From assembly GCA_030324005.1 (NCBI GenBank), contig JARDVH010000140.1, positions 20,681,956 through 20,745,955 of the forward strand: a stretch of 64,000 nucleotides of DNA, read 5' to 3'. Source of the DNA: Negaprion brevirostris. Lineage: Eukaryota. A model generated the notes under the pieces. The model did not search any database. It saw only the letters and a program-made list of their open reading frames with translations, and was not told the origin of the DNA. Numbering within the stretch: the first letter of the stretch is position 1; every line of letters begins with the position of its first letter. Below, in pieces: positions 12,858-25,085 of this stretch. The translations under genes were made by a program, and so were the position numbers.

Positions 12858-13100
12858 TTTGATTTATCATTGTCACGTGTATTAGTATACATTGCAAAGT
12901 ATTGTTTCTTGTGTGCCACACAGACAAAGCATACCGTTCATAGAGAGGGAAAGGGGAGAGTACAGAACATAGCGTTACAGTCATAGCTAGGGTGTAGAGA
13001 AAGATCAACTTAGTCTGAGGTAAGTCCATTCAAAAGTCTGGCAGCAGACTTCTGAATGCTCCTACCTGGTGTTAAGTTGATTTCTCGCTACACCCTAGCT
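12858..13100 (-). mobile_element. Rex1/Babar-like LINE 3' end with fold-back inversion
   Basis: Minus-strand tail ...acacgtgacaatgataaatcaaat; 12985-13040 is repeated inverted at 13045-13100. Confidence 0.55.
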
Positions 13101-13692
13101 TTTGTGGTAGATGCTACAACCAGCAGAAACTTATAATTGCACTGCTACTCTTTAGAGGGCGTTGTGGGATTTTGTATATTAAAGCTGCTATATAAATGTA
13201 AGTTGTCGCAAAGTAGTTGCAAGAGAAAAACATGCAATTCAGCTCAACTGGTTGATTTTGATGTTTATGCTTTACACCATCCACCCCTTTTTGTCTAACG
13301 TTATCTCCATATCCTTTTGCTCCTTTCTTCCTCAAGTGTTTATCTAGATTCCTCTTAAATGCACTTTAATGATCTGCCTCAACCATTCCATACGATAGCA
13401 AGTTCCACATTCAAATCATTCATTGGATACATAGGAAATTCTGGAGAAACCTATTTTGTTTATGACCACTTCCCCAACTCCCCATGGTTTTAGTCTCCTC
13501 ATACATTCCTCAGTCAAACCCCCTTCAGAATTTTGAAGTCAATTCTCAGCCTCCTCTTTATAGAGAAAAGAGCTCCAGCCTGTTCAATCTTTCCTGATAA
13601 GTGTAACACCTCAGTTCTGTTATCCCTGGAAATCAGTGTTGCACGTTCAATTTCAGGATTTCTACATTTGTGCTAAATCCTGAAATTGTGAT

Positions 13693-13959
13693 TATTGTAA
13701 TATTCCTTTAAGGGATATCAGCTTGCCATCACTTAAAAGGAAGTGTGTCATGTGATCCTGTCTTAGTTTCTCTCTTGCTTCTGAGTGGAGCACCCAAACA
13801 AGCTCTGCTGCAGCTGATGTCTTCAAGATTTCTGCCTAAGTATAACTATTCCTGTGGCCAGTCTAAATAGGTAAACCCATAACGTATTGATTTAATTCTT
13901 TGAGTGGTGCCTTTATATCACTGTAAGAAAACAGCACAGTGCTCAACAGTGGGATAACA
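13693..13959 (+). repeat. 5' LTR of Gypsy element
   Basis: tattgtaatattcctttaagggata...ctctgctgc...gggataaca aligns with 18519-18778. Confidence 0.8.
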
Positions 13960-15820
13960 AACTAGCAGCAAGATTTAAGTACAGTTGCAACATAATGAAC
14001 AGCCTTGGATCATGCTGCATGGCATGCGACGTCAGTCGACATTGTGGTCAAACTGCAGTCACCGCTTTGAAATTGCAGCGTGGTGACTGCGTAGAAAAGC
14101 TTTGAAGAGAGTGTGGCAGGATAGCACTCTAATAAAGAGATGGTAAGTTGATGGATCCCTGGTGGTGAAATTGCAGTGCACAATCTGTTCATTCAGTCAG
14201 TGGGATAGCACGTGAAGAGAGCTAACACTGGGTTAGCTCAAGTCGGAAAAGGCAAGTGACCAGGGTATGGGCTGGATCAATAGCCAACAAGGAAGAGTCA
14301 AACAAAAAATAATTAGTAAAAGATTGCACCAGAGAAGGTTGCGTTAATAATGGGTGGTTTCAGGAATTACTGAACAATAAAATGAACAAAAAAGGCAAAG
14401 ATGTCATGTCTCTGTGGTGCATTCCTGCCACCACTCATCTTTTTGGACGGAGATTCAGAACAGTAGGCACAATGGCTACAGCGACACTCGTCCCAGGTAC
14501 ACAAGAAGAAGAAAGGTCAAAGGGATAGCTTTGCATCACAAAATTCCCAATTTGAATTGGAATGCAGCTGACCTAATATCCAAATTCAAAATGTTTAACA
14601 ATGTACAGAGATTTCTTGATTCAGGTGTGCATGTTCAGATGAATAAGCTATAGAAATTTGCTCAGGATTGGGAAAGAATATGTCAGGATTAATGGCAGAA
14701 GAGCTAAAGAATCCCCAAGCATTATGGACTACACTCGAAGACTGGATCAAAATCGGGTTCAAACCCTGTGTCGTCAACTAAAGTTCTTGCCTTTTCGACA
14801 ACATCCTGCAGGATCCATAGACAGTTTTATTCAGCAGATGCAGCAAAAACATTGTGTTTTCAAACAGAGAGCAAGCATACAGAATTGTTGAATTGGTGTT
14901 CACATCCACTCCCATGGAAGAATGCCAGGAAGATCTTCTACACACATCCAAAACATACAGCTTCAAAGAGCTCCTCAGGAATGAACACAAGTACGAAGTG
15001 ATCCTTCCAGGGCCTAAGCACAACACTGATTTTTAATACATTTACTCAAACACATAAACCTAGCAGCCTAATAGGAGATGTGGCCTTCTGCATGCACCAA
15101 GGAAATGCCCAGATTTTCGTCAATTCTGCGAGGCATTTGGCAGCAAAAGCCATTGACAGTGTAGAAAGTAAAGGCTAATGCAGCTACATAGAGCCATGCA
15201 CTGATCCTAGAAGACTGTACACAATGGGTAGATTCAGGTAGTAAGAATGACCATCCAGTATACGATCAGAAACATGTACGTGATGTGCACAATGGGACAT
15301 GTTGTATATCAATCTCATGGAAAAAAATTAAATCCCAACATGCTGTCCAATATGTTTGGCTAGAATTTCCTATCCTGAGAAAGTTGGCTACTATTCATTA
15401 TTGCCCAGGGTTGACATGAGCAAAAGTCAACTTGCGACCACTGCAGGTTCTAAATGAAGTGTATCCACAGGAGTGGAGGACCGTGGTAAAACCTACTATG
15501 ACACAACATTTGGCCTACAACAGTTCGCTAATTCCATTAGCAAGCTTCATACTATTGGAATGCAAGTACAATCAACACTCAGGGTACTCAGGAGCTCTAC
15601 ATCATGAAAAGAAGAGGCCCTGTGATGTCAGCCTACTAGCATGGCATTACTTTCACACAATAGCAATCCATGAAATCTGTCAGACCTCATAAGACAGATC
15701 AGCCACAAAACTACTCCCATCACTTAACACTGAAATATCCAGAATGTTTTAACAGAATAAGCAATTTCATGGGAGCTGCAAAATTACATTTGCAGGAGAA
15801 TGCAAGTCCATCAGTTGATA

Positions 15821-16135
15821 CAGCACATTAGAGGAGCAATTAGCACTGCTGCCTCACAGTGCCAAGGACCTGATTTCAATTCTCGCCTCAGGTGACTATG
15901 TTGAGTTTGCATATTCTCCCCATGTCTGCATGGGTTTCGTCCAGGTGCTCTGGTTTCCTCCCACAGTCCAAAGATTTGCAGATTGGGTTGATTGGCCATG
16001 CTAAATTGTGCCTTAGTGTCAGGGAGATTCGCAGAGCAAATACATGGGTTACGGGGATAGGGCCTGGGTGGGATTATTGTTGGAGCAGGCTCAATGGGCC
16101 AAACGATGACTGTCTGCACTGTAGGGATTCTATGA
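15821..16135 (+). mobile_element. HE1/V-SINE with CR1-type tail, nested in Gypsy pol
   Basis: tagcactgctgcctcacagtgccaagg... V-domain ... gtagggattctatga. Confidence 0.88.
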
Positions 16136-18518
16136 TAAGTGTAACATCCATACACAAGACGAATTGAAGGTCGAACTAGAGAAAATATAAGAGTACAAAT
16201 CGGTGCAGCTCAATTACATTTTTCATAGAGGATAGATTATTGAGAGTACACTTGGATCCATGGCATTTGTATGCAACCTCATGAAACACATAAATTGGAA
16301 GAGTTGAGTATGAGATTTGCAGGTACAAATCTCTTTGGGAAGCTTGATGCAAAGCATTGTCAGTGCAGATGTTCAGACAGCTTACTACATTTCATACTCG
16401 ATTCAGATGATACCGTCTTCAGTGACTCCCTTTCAGATTATTTGTTAACCACGGTCTGTTTCAAGCTCTTATGGACTGCATTACATGCACTGTGCCAGGA
16501 TACGTATGTATTGCTGATGGCATTGCTGTTGTGGAAAGAACAAAGCAAGAACATCACCATATTCTACGCTTATTGATGAAAGTGGCTCCCAATTAAGGAT
16601 TGGTGTTCAATGGTCTGAAATGTAACAGCAATTTCTTATTCCAATGTTGGCAATGTCCCAAACCAAGTGAAATAGAGATTATAAAGCCATGCCAACTCCT
16701 CAACATAGGGATGATCTTCAAAAGTTTTTAGGTCTCTTTAATTTTGTGTCTTCTTTCATTCACAATTTTGCTCTAAAATCGCCTTCCGTAAACAAATGGG
16801 TGAGAATGTGCCTTTCCCGTGACACGAAGGCCGCCATTATCTCTTCAAAGCACTGATCCAGCCATTATCAAAAATATGAACATTGCAATTTTACGATCCT
16901 AGGAAAACAATTACTGTGGAGATAAATGCCTCACAAAGGCCTGAGTGTATGCATACACCAAAAAGGTAAACTGATTGCATTTGCTTCAATATCTATGTCC
17001 ATTGCTCAATCCCACTGCTTCAACATTGAGCAGAAAACATTAGTTCCGCTACTTGGTCACGTCAGATACACGTACCAAATAGCCTAACCCAGCAAAAACA
17101 AAAGATATATCCTGAGGTTTACAAGTTAACATTGAGATTGAACTCGAGGACGTTCTCCAAATTGGATCTGGTATGCCGGCAGCTACGAAAAGAAACAACA
17201 AAAGATTTTATACCACAGAAACTATGAAATACCATCATAGAAGGCTGGCCTGATTCAACTCATCATCTCCATGAACATGAGACCATTTTTGCGTTACCAG
17301 GACAAGCTTTTGTCAGGCATTTTTAAAGGCGGGCAGGTCATTATGCCGAAATCTTTGTGATCTGATATTGAATAACGTCACACAAATGGCCATTGATCAG
17401 ATGAAAAGACACATGAGAGAGAGTCTATTGCATGGGTGTGTACGATAACATTGAAGTTGTCAAGAAGTATTAGGCATGTCAAGACCGTACGTCAACTCAA
17501 CACAAAGTGCCACAGATTCCACATGAAGTTCCTACCCTTCCTTGGTCCAATGTTGCATGTCTCTTTTTCTTGTCTGTAGCACTGACTTCATCATCATTAT
17601 AGTCGTCATTGACTACTACAAGTACCCCATCATTTGATAATTGCACAATATGTCATGCACCCTCCAGTGCTATCATCAGTTTATTTGGTGTGCCTAGAGA
17701 GAAAATTATGGAAAACAGTCCACAATTTATTTCAGGATATGCACAAGAAGTAGAATGTTGATCACACTACTTTTTCCTCATTACACTTGATCTAACAGCC
17801 TAGCTGAATGAAGATTTACATGATGAAATACTGAATGAAGAGTTACGTGATCAAATGCTAATTTTCAGATGTTGACAGACCAAGCAAGATCTACATGGTG
17901 CAATGTTAATTCTGAGAGCAACACTTTTGAGTGCAACTATTCCATCACTGGCAGAGCTCTTGTTTAACACTTTGGTGTACACCAACTTTCCTACTCTTAC
18001 CCTCTGTACACTTTTAGAAACGTGATCAACTTTTAAAACTGCAAAAGAAGCCGACTAACGTGCGTGATAAAAATGCAGATACAAAATTGCCAAATTTACA
18101 TTTAGGACAACAGGTTTGCACCTAGGATCCCATAGATGATGCATGGCAACCAACCAAAGTGACAAGGATTTGTTTGGAACTGAGGTCATTGCACACTGGT
18201 GAGACATAACCAAGGGTAAAGCGGGTCAATTTCTGCTCCTCAACCACCATACAGCCCTCCTGCATCTAGGGCAAGATCTCAAATGCAACCAGGAATAACA
18301 TCCAAGAATGGCAACCCCACAGATCACTGTGAGCTATTAAAGACGTTAGTCAAGGTTATTATTATAAATTTGAGTGTACCAGCAGATTACCTTTACACTT
18401 TAGAGCACTTTGGATTCACCAGCCTTATGCACTTGTATAATGGTAACTAAACATTAACATGTATTGTAAATAATTATCCTTCTTTGACAGGGGAAGTATT
18501 TTTGAGAAGAAATGAGGA

Positions 18519-18778
18519 TGTTGTAATATGCCTGTTAAGGGATAGTGGCGTGACTGCACCAAAACAAAATTGTGTAATGCAATCCAGTCATAGTTTCACT
18601 TTTGCCTTTGAACAGAGCACACACACATAACTCTGCTGCTGATGTATTCAAACTTTCTACCAATTTCTAAATGTACCTAAAATAAAATAATCCACAACGT
18701 TTTTGCTCAATCCCTTATGAGTGATTGTTGCCTTTCTATCCTTTCAACACAGCAGAGATCAGATTCAGAGGGATAACA
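18519..18778 (+). repeat. 3' LTR of Gypsy element
   Basis: tgttgtaatatgcctgttaagggata...ctctgctgc...gggataaca; preceded by PPT gagaagaaatgagga and followed by TSD gtgat. Confidence 0.8.
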
Positions 18779-20059
18779 GTGATAAATGGTGATGACTTGT
18801 CAAAAACCCTGCAAATTCTGAGACATTGATTTAGTTTAAAAACAGTATTCATTGCCAAGTTTAAAATATATATAATTCATACAAAATAAAAAAAAGGAAA
18901 TTGATATGCTGAACAATCTGTACAAGCCTTTTCAGTCACTTGTACAGCCCTTGACTATTCTGCTCGGGAACCAGTACCTCTGCTCTGAAATGTCAAATTT
19001 TATTTTACCAAAAATTACATTATTTTCTGTTTAAAATTTCAAGTTTAAAGAAAGAGGCAACCTCATTTTATCTATTTATATTCTAATGCTCTCCATTGTA
19101 ATTGTGCAACAAAAGCAAACTTGGTAAATGTCAGTACTGCAGTCAGAGGGTGGTGCAGTCTGCGGGTCAGGGCCTAATAAAACCCACAGTATGATGGATG
19201 GCTTTGTTAGTGTGCAATGACTAAGTCAGTCCCGACTTGTATGGTATGGTTCAAAGTGAACATCATGATTAAGAATTTTACTCTCCTTCAAAATCCTTAT
19301 ATATTAGGGATTTCACTCACCACCTTCCCTGACCCCCTTCCCCCATTTTGCATGGGGTTTTGTATTACAGGACAGTTCTTTGTGGTCAATCTGTCAATTC
19401 GCAGACTGGCTGTTCATCCATTTCACGCTTTGATGGTGGATGACATTCATGCAAGGGCACCACCTGGTTGTAATGTCATTAAATAATCTTCAGCTAATTA
19501 CAAGTGAACGCTGTGTCAAAGTATATAATATAAGGTCTAATTGGCCGACATTTCTTGCTCACATCAGAATTTTCTCTCTTAAGTAGACCTAAATTGGATG
19601 GACCATAGCACTGTCGTCTCCACAGGCGGCGCTAAATGCGAAAGGTTTAAGCACTACTGGAAGTAAATGCGTTCCCCACTTTTTTTCCCCCTGTTTTTAT
19701 GCATTGATCTCTCTCCCTCCCTGGCAGAAACATGAAACCTATCATGCTCAGCCAACACCTTTAACTTCTCCCTTTGCAGCTTGCTGTTTTTATTTGTCTT
19801 TGTGATGTCCTTTGGGATTTATTACTAAATTAAATACACGATCTAAATATAAATCCAAGTTGTTTAAAAGGGGAAAGGCTTGATGGCAATTGGCCTTCAA
19901 AGCAGCCTCTCATTTGAGAATCTTACTCCACAATTTTGGACTCCTTTTCTCCAAATAAATTATTAGATTTTGGAAGTTTCATTCAATGTGGCTTAATCTA
20001 CAGTGTCTGTGATTCTAAATGTAGTATTTCCTAGCTCCTGTAATGAAAGTACTTTGTAG

Positions 20060-22260
20060 AGTCATTGAATGATATAGGACAGAGGCCTATATCCATACCA
20101 AATCTTTGAAAGAGCAATCCATTTACCTATTCACCTATTCTGTCCCGTGTTATTCTGTTTCTCCTTTGTGCATTTATCCAGTTCCCTTTTGAAAGTTATT
20201 ATTGAATCCATTTTCACCATCTTCTCAGACAGCGCATTCCAGACCATAACAGTTAGCTGTGCCGAAAAAATTCTATTGCATTTATTCCTTTTGCCTTTCA
20301 TCTTAAATCCTAATTTGAAATTATACTATGCGTACCCAAGTCCAGGTTAGTAGTTATAAATGAAAGGAGCTTTGGTCTATTGCCTGTGTTCTTCCCTCCA
20401 CTCTGGAAAAAGTAACCATTTTCAACCGTCCACCACTTTCTGTCCCCAGCAAATTTTGCATCCAGGCTGCCAGCGTCTTGTTGATCCCATAGGCTTTAAT
20501 TTTGTTTCCATCCATTGTATGGTACTTAGTCAAATTTGTTTTGAAAACCTATATGTACATCAATCACAATACACTCATAACCCCTGTCCCTTACTTCATC
20601 AAAGATCCCAGTCCAGTTAGTCAAATATGATTTGCTTTTGATAAATCCATTCAACATTTCATTAATAGGCCCTTTTCCAAGTGCCAATTATCTTTTACCC
20701 TGGCTTAGTGTCTCGATGACGATTTCCCCATCGCAGACATTTGTCTGACAAGCCTATAGTTGCTCTTTCCTTTCTTCAGTCGGGATACAGCATTTGCGAT
20801 CTATTCAGTCCGCTGGCACCACCCTGTATCGAGGGAAAATTGCACAATTGTGGCCAGAGCTTCCACAATTTCCACCTTCACTTAGCTCAGTTAAGTAGGA
20901 TGGATTGGGTGACTTTTTTAATTTGAACACTGACAGTCTCTTTATATTTTTATCCTGTTTAAAATCACTACCACACCCTCCTTTACTCCTACATTGGGAG
21001 CATACTCTTTGGTGAAGGCAGATGCAAAGTACACCTTTGGTACCACAGCTGTGCCCTCTCTGCCATCACCCATAATTGAACCCATTCTTCTGTTGCCTAA
21101 CCTTTTACTAGCTATATGGCCATGTAAAACTTTTAGGCTGTCTTTTTATATAGCTAGCAATCTATTTTCATATGCTGTCTTTATTTCTCTATTTCCTTTT
21201 TTTATCTTCTTTGTATATTTTGTATTCAATTTGGTTCTTTTAATATATTGTTAACCTTTTATTTCTGTTTTCTGTTTTGTTTTATCTCTACCTTTAGTCA
21301 TTAAGGGAGCTTCAGCTTTTCCTTTCTCTTGTGGGATTTTCTCTCTACTTTAACCATCTCCTTTTAAAAGAAGCTCCTATCAATTTTTGATTCCAATCCA
21401 TCTCGGCCAGATTCTTCTTTTAATTTCCTAAAATTGGCCTTCCTCTAGTTTTAACACTTGAGTGTTCTTTTCCCTTTGTCTGTAACCATGCTAAACCTGA
21501 CGTTGTTATGGTCACTGTTGCCCAAATGCTTCTCAACTGAAATATTCATGCCCCCACTTCCCTTTTGCCCCTTACACTGTTACTGTCCCAGTCAAATCCC
21601 CTATTATCACTACTCATGGTTCTTGCAACATTCTATAATNNNNNNNNNNNNNNNNNNNNNNNNNNNNNNNNNNNNNNNNNNNNNNNNNNNNNNNNNNNNN
21701 ATTTAGCAGTTGAATGTTTACACCTAGTAGTGGAATAATTATTCTATTGTTTCATAATTCTAGCCAAATAAATTTTGTCTTTGATCTTTCAACTACATCA
21801 CTTCTTTCTTCTGTTATAAATTCCTTCAGTCTTTCTACCCTGACAATGTCCGTTTTCCTTCCTATATTTCCTGAATGATTTGTAGCCAGGAATGCTGTGT
21901 TTCAAACTGTGCCAGTTGGAGCCAGATTTGTTGTTGCCACTATAGTATACTGGCGACTTAAATTTGCAACTCATCAATTTTGATTGCCCTCTACATGTTG
22001 CACAAAAATGCACTCCAAGCCCATCTTAGACTTTCTCATACTTCCCAATTGATCCCTCCTATTTCAGAAGTATTCTGTGCACTAATGCTGCTAGTGTTCC
22101 ACAGTCCTCTTTGCACCTTTATTCTCCTTTCAAATGTTTAATCCTGGTTCAGATCCCCTGCCAGATTAGTTTAAATCTTCCACTATAGCATCCATTGACC
22201 CCTCCCTGTAAGAATATCAGTCCCAGCTTTGTTGAGGTACAATCCATCCCATTTTGAACA
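20060..22260 (-). mobile_element. Ancient, highly degraded CR1-like LINE
   Basis: T/C-rich plus strand with remnants resembling the reverse complement of CR1 3' end and RT sequence; no intact ORF. Confidence 0.45.
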
Positions 22261-22453
22261 NNNNNNNNNNNNNNNNNNNNNNNNNNNNNNNCCTTTGTAT
22301 CAAAATATGAAACTGTTTTAAAACATTACAAGGCAGTTCATGGCTGCCATTTTGCCAACCATATTCTGCAGCATCAGGGTAGGGGTTTTCTTCATATTTG
22401 AAACAAAATACGTAGTACCAGATTCAAGACTTTTTTTTTCCTATCTATTCCAG

Positions 22454-22550
22454 ATTGGGAGGAATACCTGTGGGAGTGGTTGCTGTGGAAACCAGGACTG
22501 TAGAGTTATCAATACCAGCAGACCCTGCAAATCTGGATTCTGAAGCAAAG
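22454..22550 (+). CDS. ACACA: ACACA coding exon: (R)[32 protein letters not shown]
   Basis: Canonical ACC CT motif; ttccAG acceptor, GTaagc donor; 97 nt, phase-compatible with neighbours. Confidence 0.97.
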
Positions 22551-22904
22551 GTAAGCTGTGCCAATTTCTGCATTTGAGGAGAGATGCGGATGTTTCAGGT
22601 TAGGAATTTCCTCAGGGCTGTATTATATTACAGTCTGCACATCAATAAGATGACGCAAACACTGCAGTTTAATTGCAACAGGAAGTTGCTGAAAGCACCT
22701 GACATCTAATTTTAGCAAGCAGTGTCACCACTTTGAGCACTTCGCAAACCAGTGAAGAACAGAACTCAATAAAGGCAGAGATCTGACTGTCTCTTCAATT
22801 CTCTGCGACATTAAAAATGTAACCAGCTTTGGACCAGAGATCAATACAAAGGTGGTATTTACAGCTCCAGTAGTGCCAGCACTGTGACACCATTACTCGA
22901 CTTG

Positions 22905-23010
22905 TAAAGAAAGAATATGCATTTATATAGTACTTCTAATGACTTCCTGATGCCCTGAAGGATTTTACAGCTGATTAGTGTACTTCTGAAGTGCAGTGGG
23001 CATAGGTAGT
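22905..23010 (-). mobile_element. DeuSINE (SacSINE1/AmnSINE-like) 3' relic
   Basis: tgcatttatatag...tttacagc...tacttctgaagtgcagt resembles the DeuSINE tail; a related relic lies at 40090-40350. Confidence 0.45.
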
Positions 23011-23314
23011 GGGTGTTACCTCGCCATCTACAATTTGAAATGTCACTGCAGAACTCACTGGTGATTCACTTAAGGTTCTCACTTTCCATTGAGTCAGTGA
23101 GGATTCCCAGCAGATTTTCCATCCCGTGTCCTTGGAGTGCAGCACTGATTGTAGCTGCACTGCCTATCATTGGGTAGCTAAAAAGGATTTCATTTTAAAA
23201 ATGGCCAGCCTGAATATTGAACCATGTGGTGCATTCCGGTTTGTCACAATGTTATTTCTTCATTTAGAAGGTGAGAATTTTAAAATTTGCCATTTGGCTT
23301 GTTTTGGCTTTATC

Positions 23315-23990
23315 GGGCAGAACCTTGTGCCCTTCCCCTATGATGAGTTTGGTGGCAGAGGGATATTTAAATGGTGGGGAGGGTGGTCGCCATCCCAATT
23401 ACAATGGAATGGGAAGACCTGTTTCCACCCCGCTGTCAGTTGAGACCATTAAGTGGGCAATTAGTGTCTAGCAAGGACCTCAACCTGCCACCTCACCCAG
23501 CAAGAGGTAAGGGAATCGCCAAAGAGAGGAGCATGAAAAGCAAACTCTGGCTTGTATAGTTGTGGGTTCCCAGAGGAATCCTTGTTCAAAGATGCTCGTC
23601 GCCTGACCAAGGGACCCAGCGTTGGGAAAGAGGTTGTTCATTAAAAACCACCTCTCTGCACTTTTTGTCAATGGCTGCCTTCTGTCTCCCCATGCTCCCC
23701 CCAACAACCACATTCCTGCCATCACTTGTCTGTGCCTGGGTACCCCTCCGATTCAAGTCCTCAGCTGGATGTAAACCAGCAACAGCTGCCACCTCCCCAA
23801 TGGCACAAAGTGTAGAACAGCTGCTGACCTGTCGGCAGGTGGGCTTTCCATCCCAGGGCCTTAATGCTGGGGGAAGGGCTGCTGTTGGCCTGTGCCTAAG
23901 TGGCATCCAGTATGGTGTTCCTTCTTGAAAAGAGGCGATGGCAGTGGGGGTTGTGTCCCCAGTTGGCAGCTGAAACCCTGGTTGTCGAAT
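23315..23990. mobile_element. Degraded GC-rich non-autonomous DNA transposon (Harbinger-like)
   Basis: GC-rich non-coding block with composition like 10355-11386; boundaries uncertain. Confidence 0.35.
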
Positions 23991-24198
23991 TGCAATAGAA
24001 CATTTTCTCCCTTTTTCTCATCAAATTGTTTTGTCTTTAAGCTGCGAACTACTGTGAGTCATCTGACAACATTACTTTGAATCTACTACTTTTCATCTGT
24101 TCCCTCAACTCTCTTCCCTTTCTTTCTTTGCTTAAACTTGAGATCTTCTTTAATCAATTGCAACAAGTCAGCAATAACATTGTGGCCTGTATGTACAG

Positions 24199-24334
24199 AT
24201 AATCCAGCAAGCCGGTCAAGTGTGGTTCCCAGACTCTGCCTTCAAAACCGCCCAAGCTATCAAGGACCTAAACCGAGAAGGGCTGCCACTGATGGTGTTT
24301 GCCAATTGGCGAGGTTTTTCCGGTGGGATGAAAG
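24199..24334 (+). CDS. ACACA: ACACA coding exon: [45 protein letters not shown](D)
   Basis: Hallmark ACC motifs [10 protein letters not shown] and [10 protein letters not shown]; tacAG acceptor, GTaaag donor; 136 nt. Confidence 0.97.
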
Positions 24335-24931
24335 GTAAAGAGATTTAATTAGATAAAAGTGTTTCCAAGTTTGCTTGCATCAGAGTTTTGCCCTTCCTGC
24401 ATTTTGCTGCAAGGAGGAGAACAGTAACTCCAGACACTGAGTACAGTCGGTTCTCTTATAACGTTTGCCGTTTAACATTGTTTCACATCAGTATCGATAC
24501 ATTAATGAGGCCTGTAATCTCGTTGAGCATTGCAAGATTCATTTTAATGTTGTTTCCAGCGTGACCCAATTGGTGCCATTTTGGAGTGGCCACTCCCCTC
24601 GTTGTGGCCTTTCTTCCTCCCAGCCCACCCTCTCATCACTTTCCTTCCCTGCCTCCAGGTCCCCATTGAAAATCCAGATCCAATCTGAAGCCAGATCTCC
24701 TATGGTGCAGAAAGAGGCTGCTGGCAATCAATGCTTTTTTTTAATGCTCCTGCCTTGCTGCTGTTCTCCGAGTTCAGGAGAAGGAAACAGTGAGGGTGAG
24801 CGGTTTGAGGACTAGGAGGATGGAGGCTGCAACGAGGAAAGCTGGNNNNNNNNNNNNNNNNNNNNNNNNNNNNNNNNNNNNNNNNNNNNNNNNNNNNNNN
24901 NNNNNNNNNNNNNNNNNNNNNNNNNNNNNNN

Positions 24932-25085
24932 CAATCTAGGGAACAGCCTACCACTATTGACTCTATCTATTCCCTTCAGTATTTTATATACCTCTATCAT
25001 GTCCCCCCCTTAATCTCCGTCTTTCCAAGGAGAAGAGTCCCAGTTTCTCCAACCTTTCCTCGTAACTCAGCCTACAGAACCTAAC
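24932..25085 (-). mobile_element. CR1 LINE fragment
   Basis: LSYEERLEKLGLFSLERRRLRG and MIEVYKILKGIDRVNSGRLFP. Confidence 0.85.

Larger units (their letters stand above)
13693..18778 (+). mobile_element. Full-length but decayed Gypsy/Ty3 LTR retrotransposon (Mag-like)
   Basis: Two alignable LTRs, exact 5-bp TSD GTGAT on both sides, and a purine tract before the 3' LTR. Pol remnants lie in RT-RNaseH-INT order: LEEL..FAGTNLFGKLDAK, CIADGIAV (IADD), LQFYDPRK, GKLIAFAS, IPHEVPTLPWS. Confidence 0.88.
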
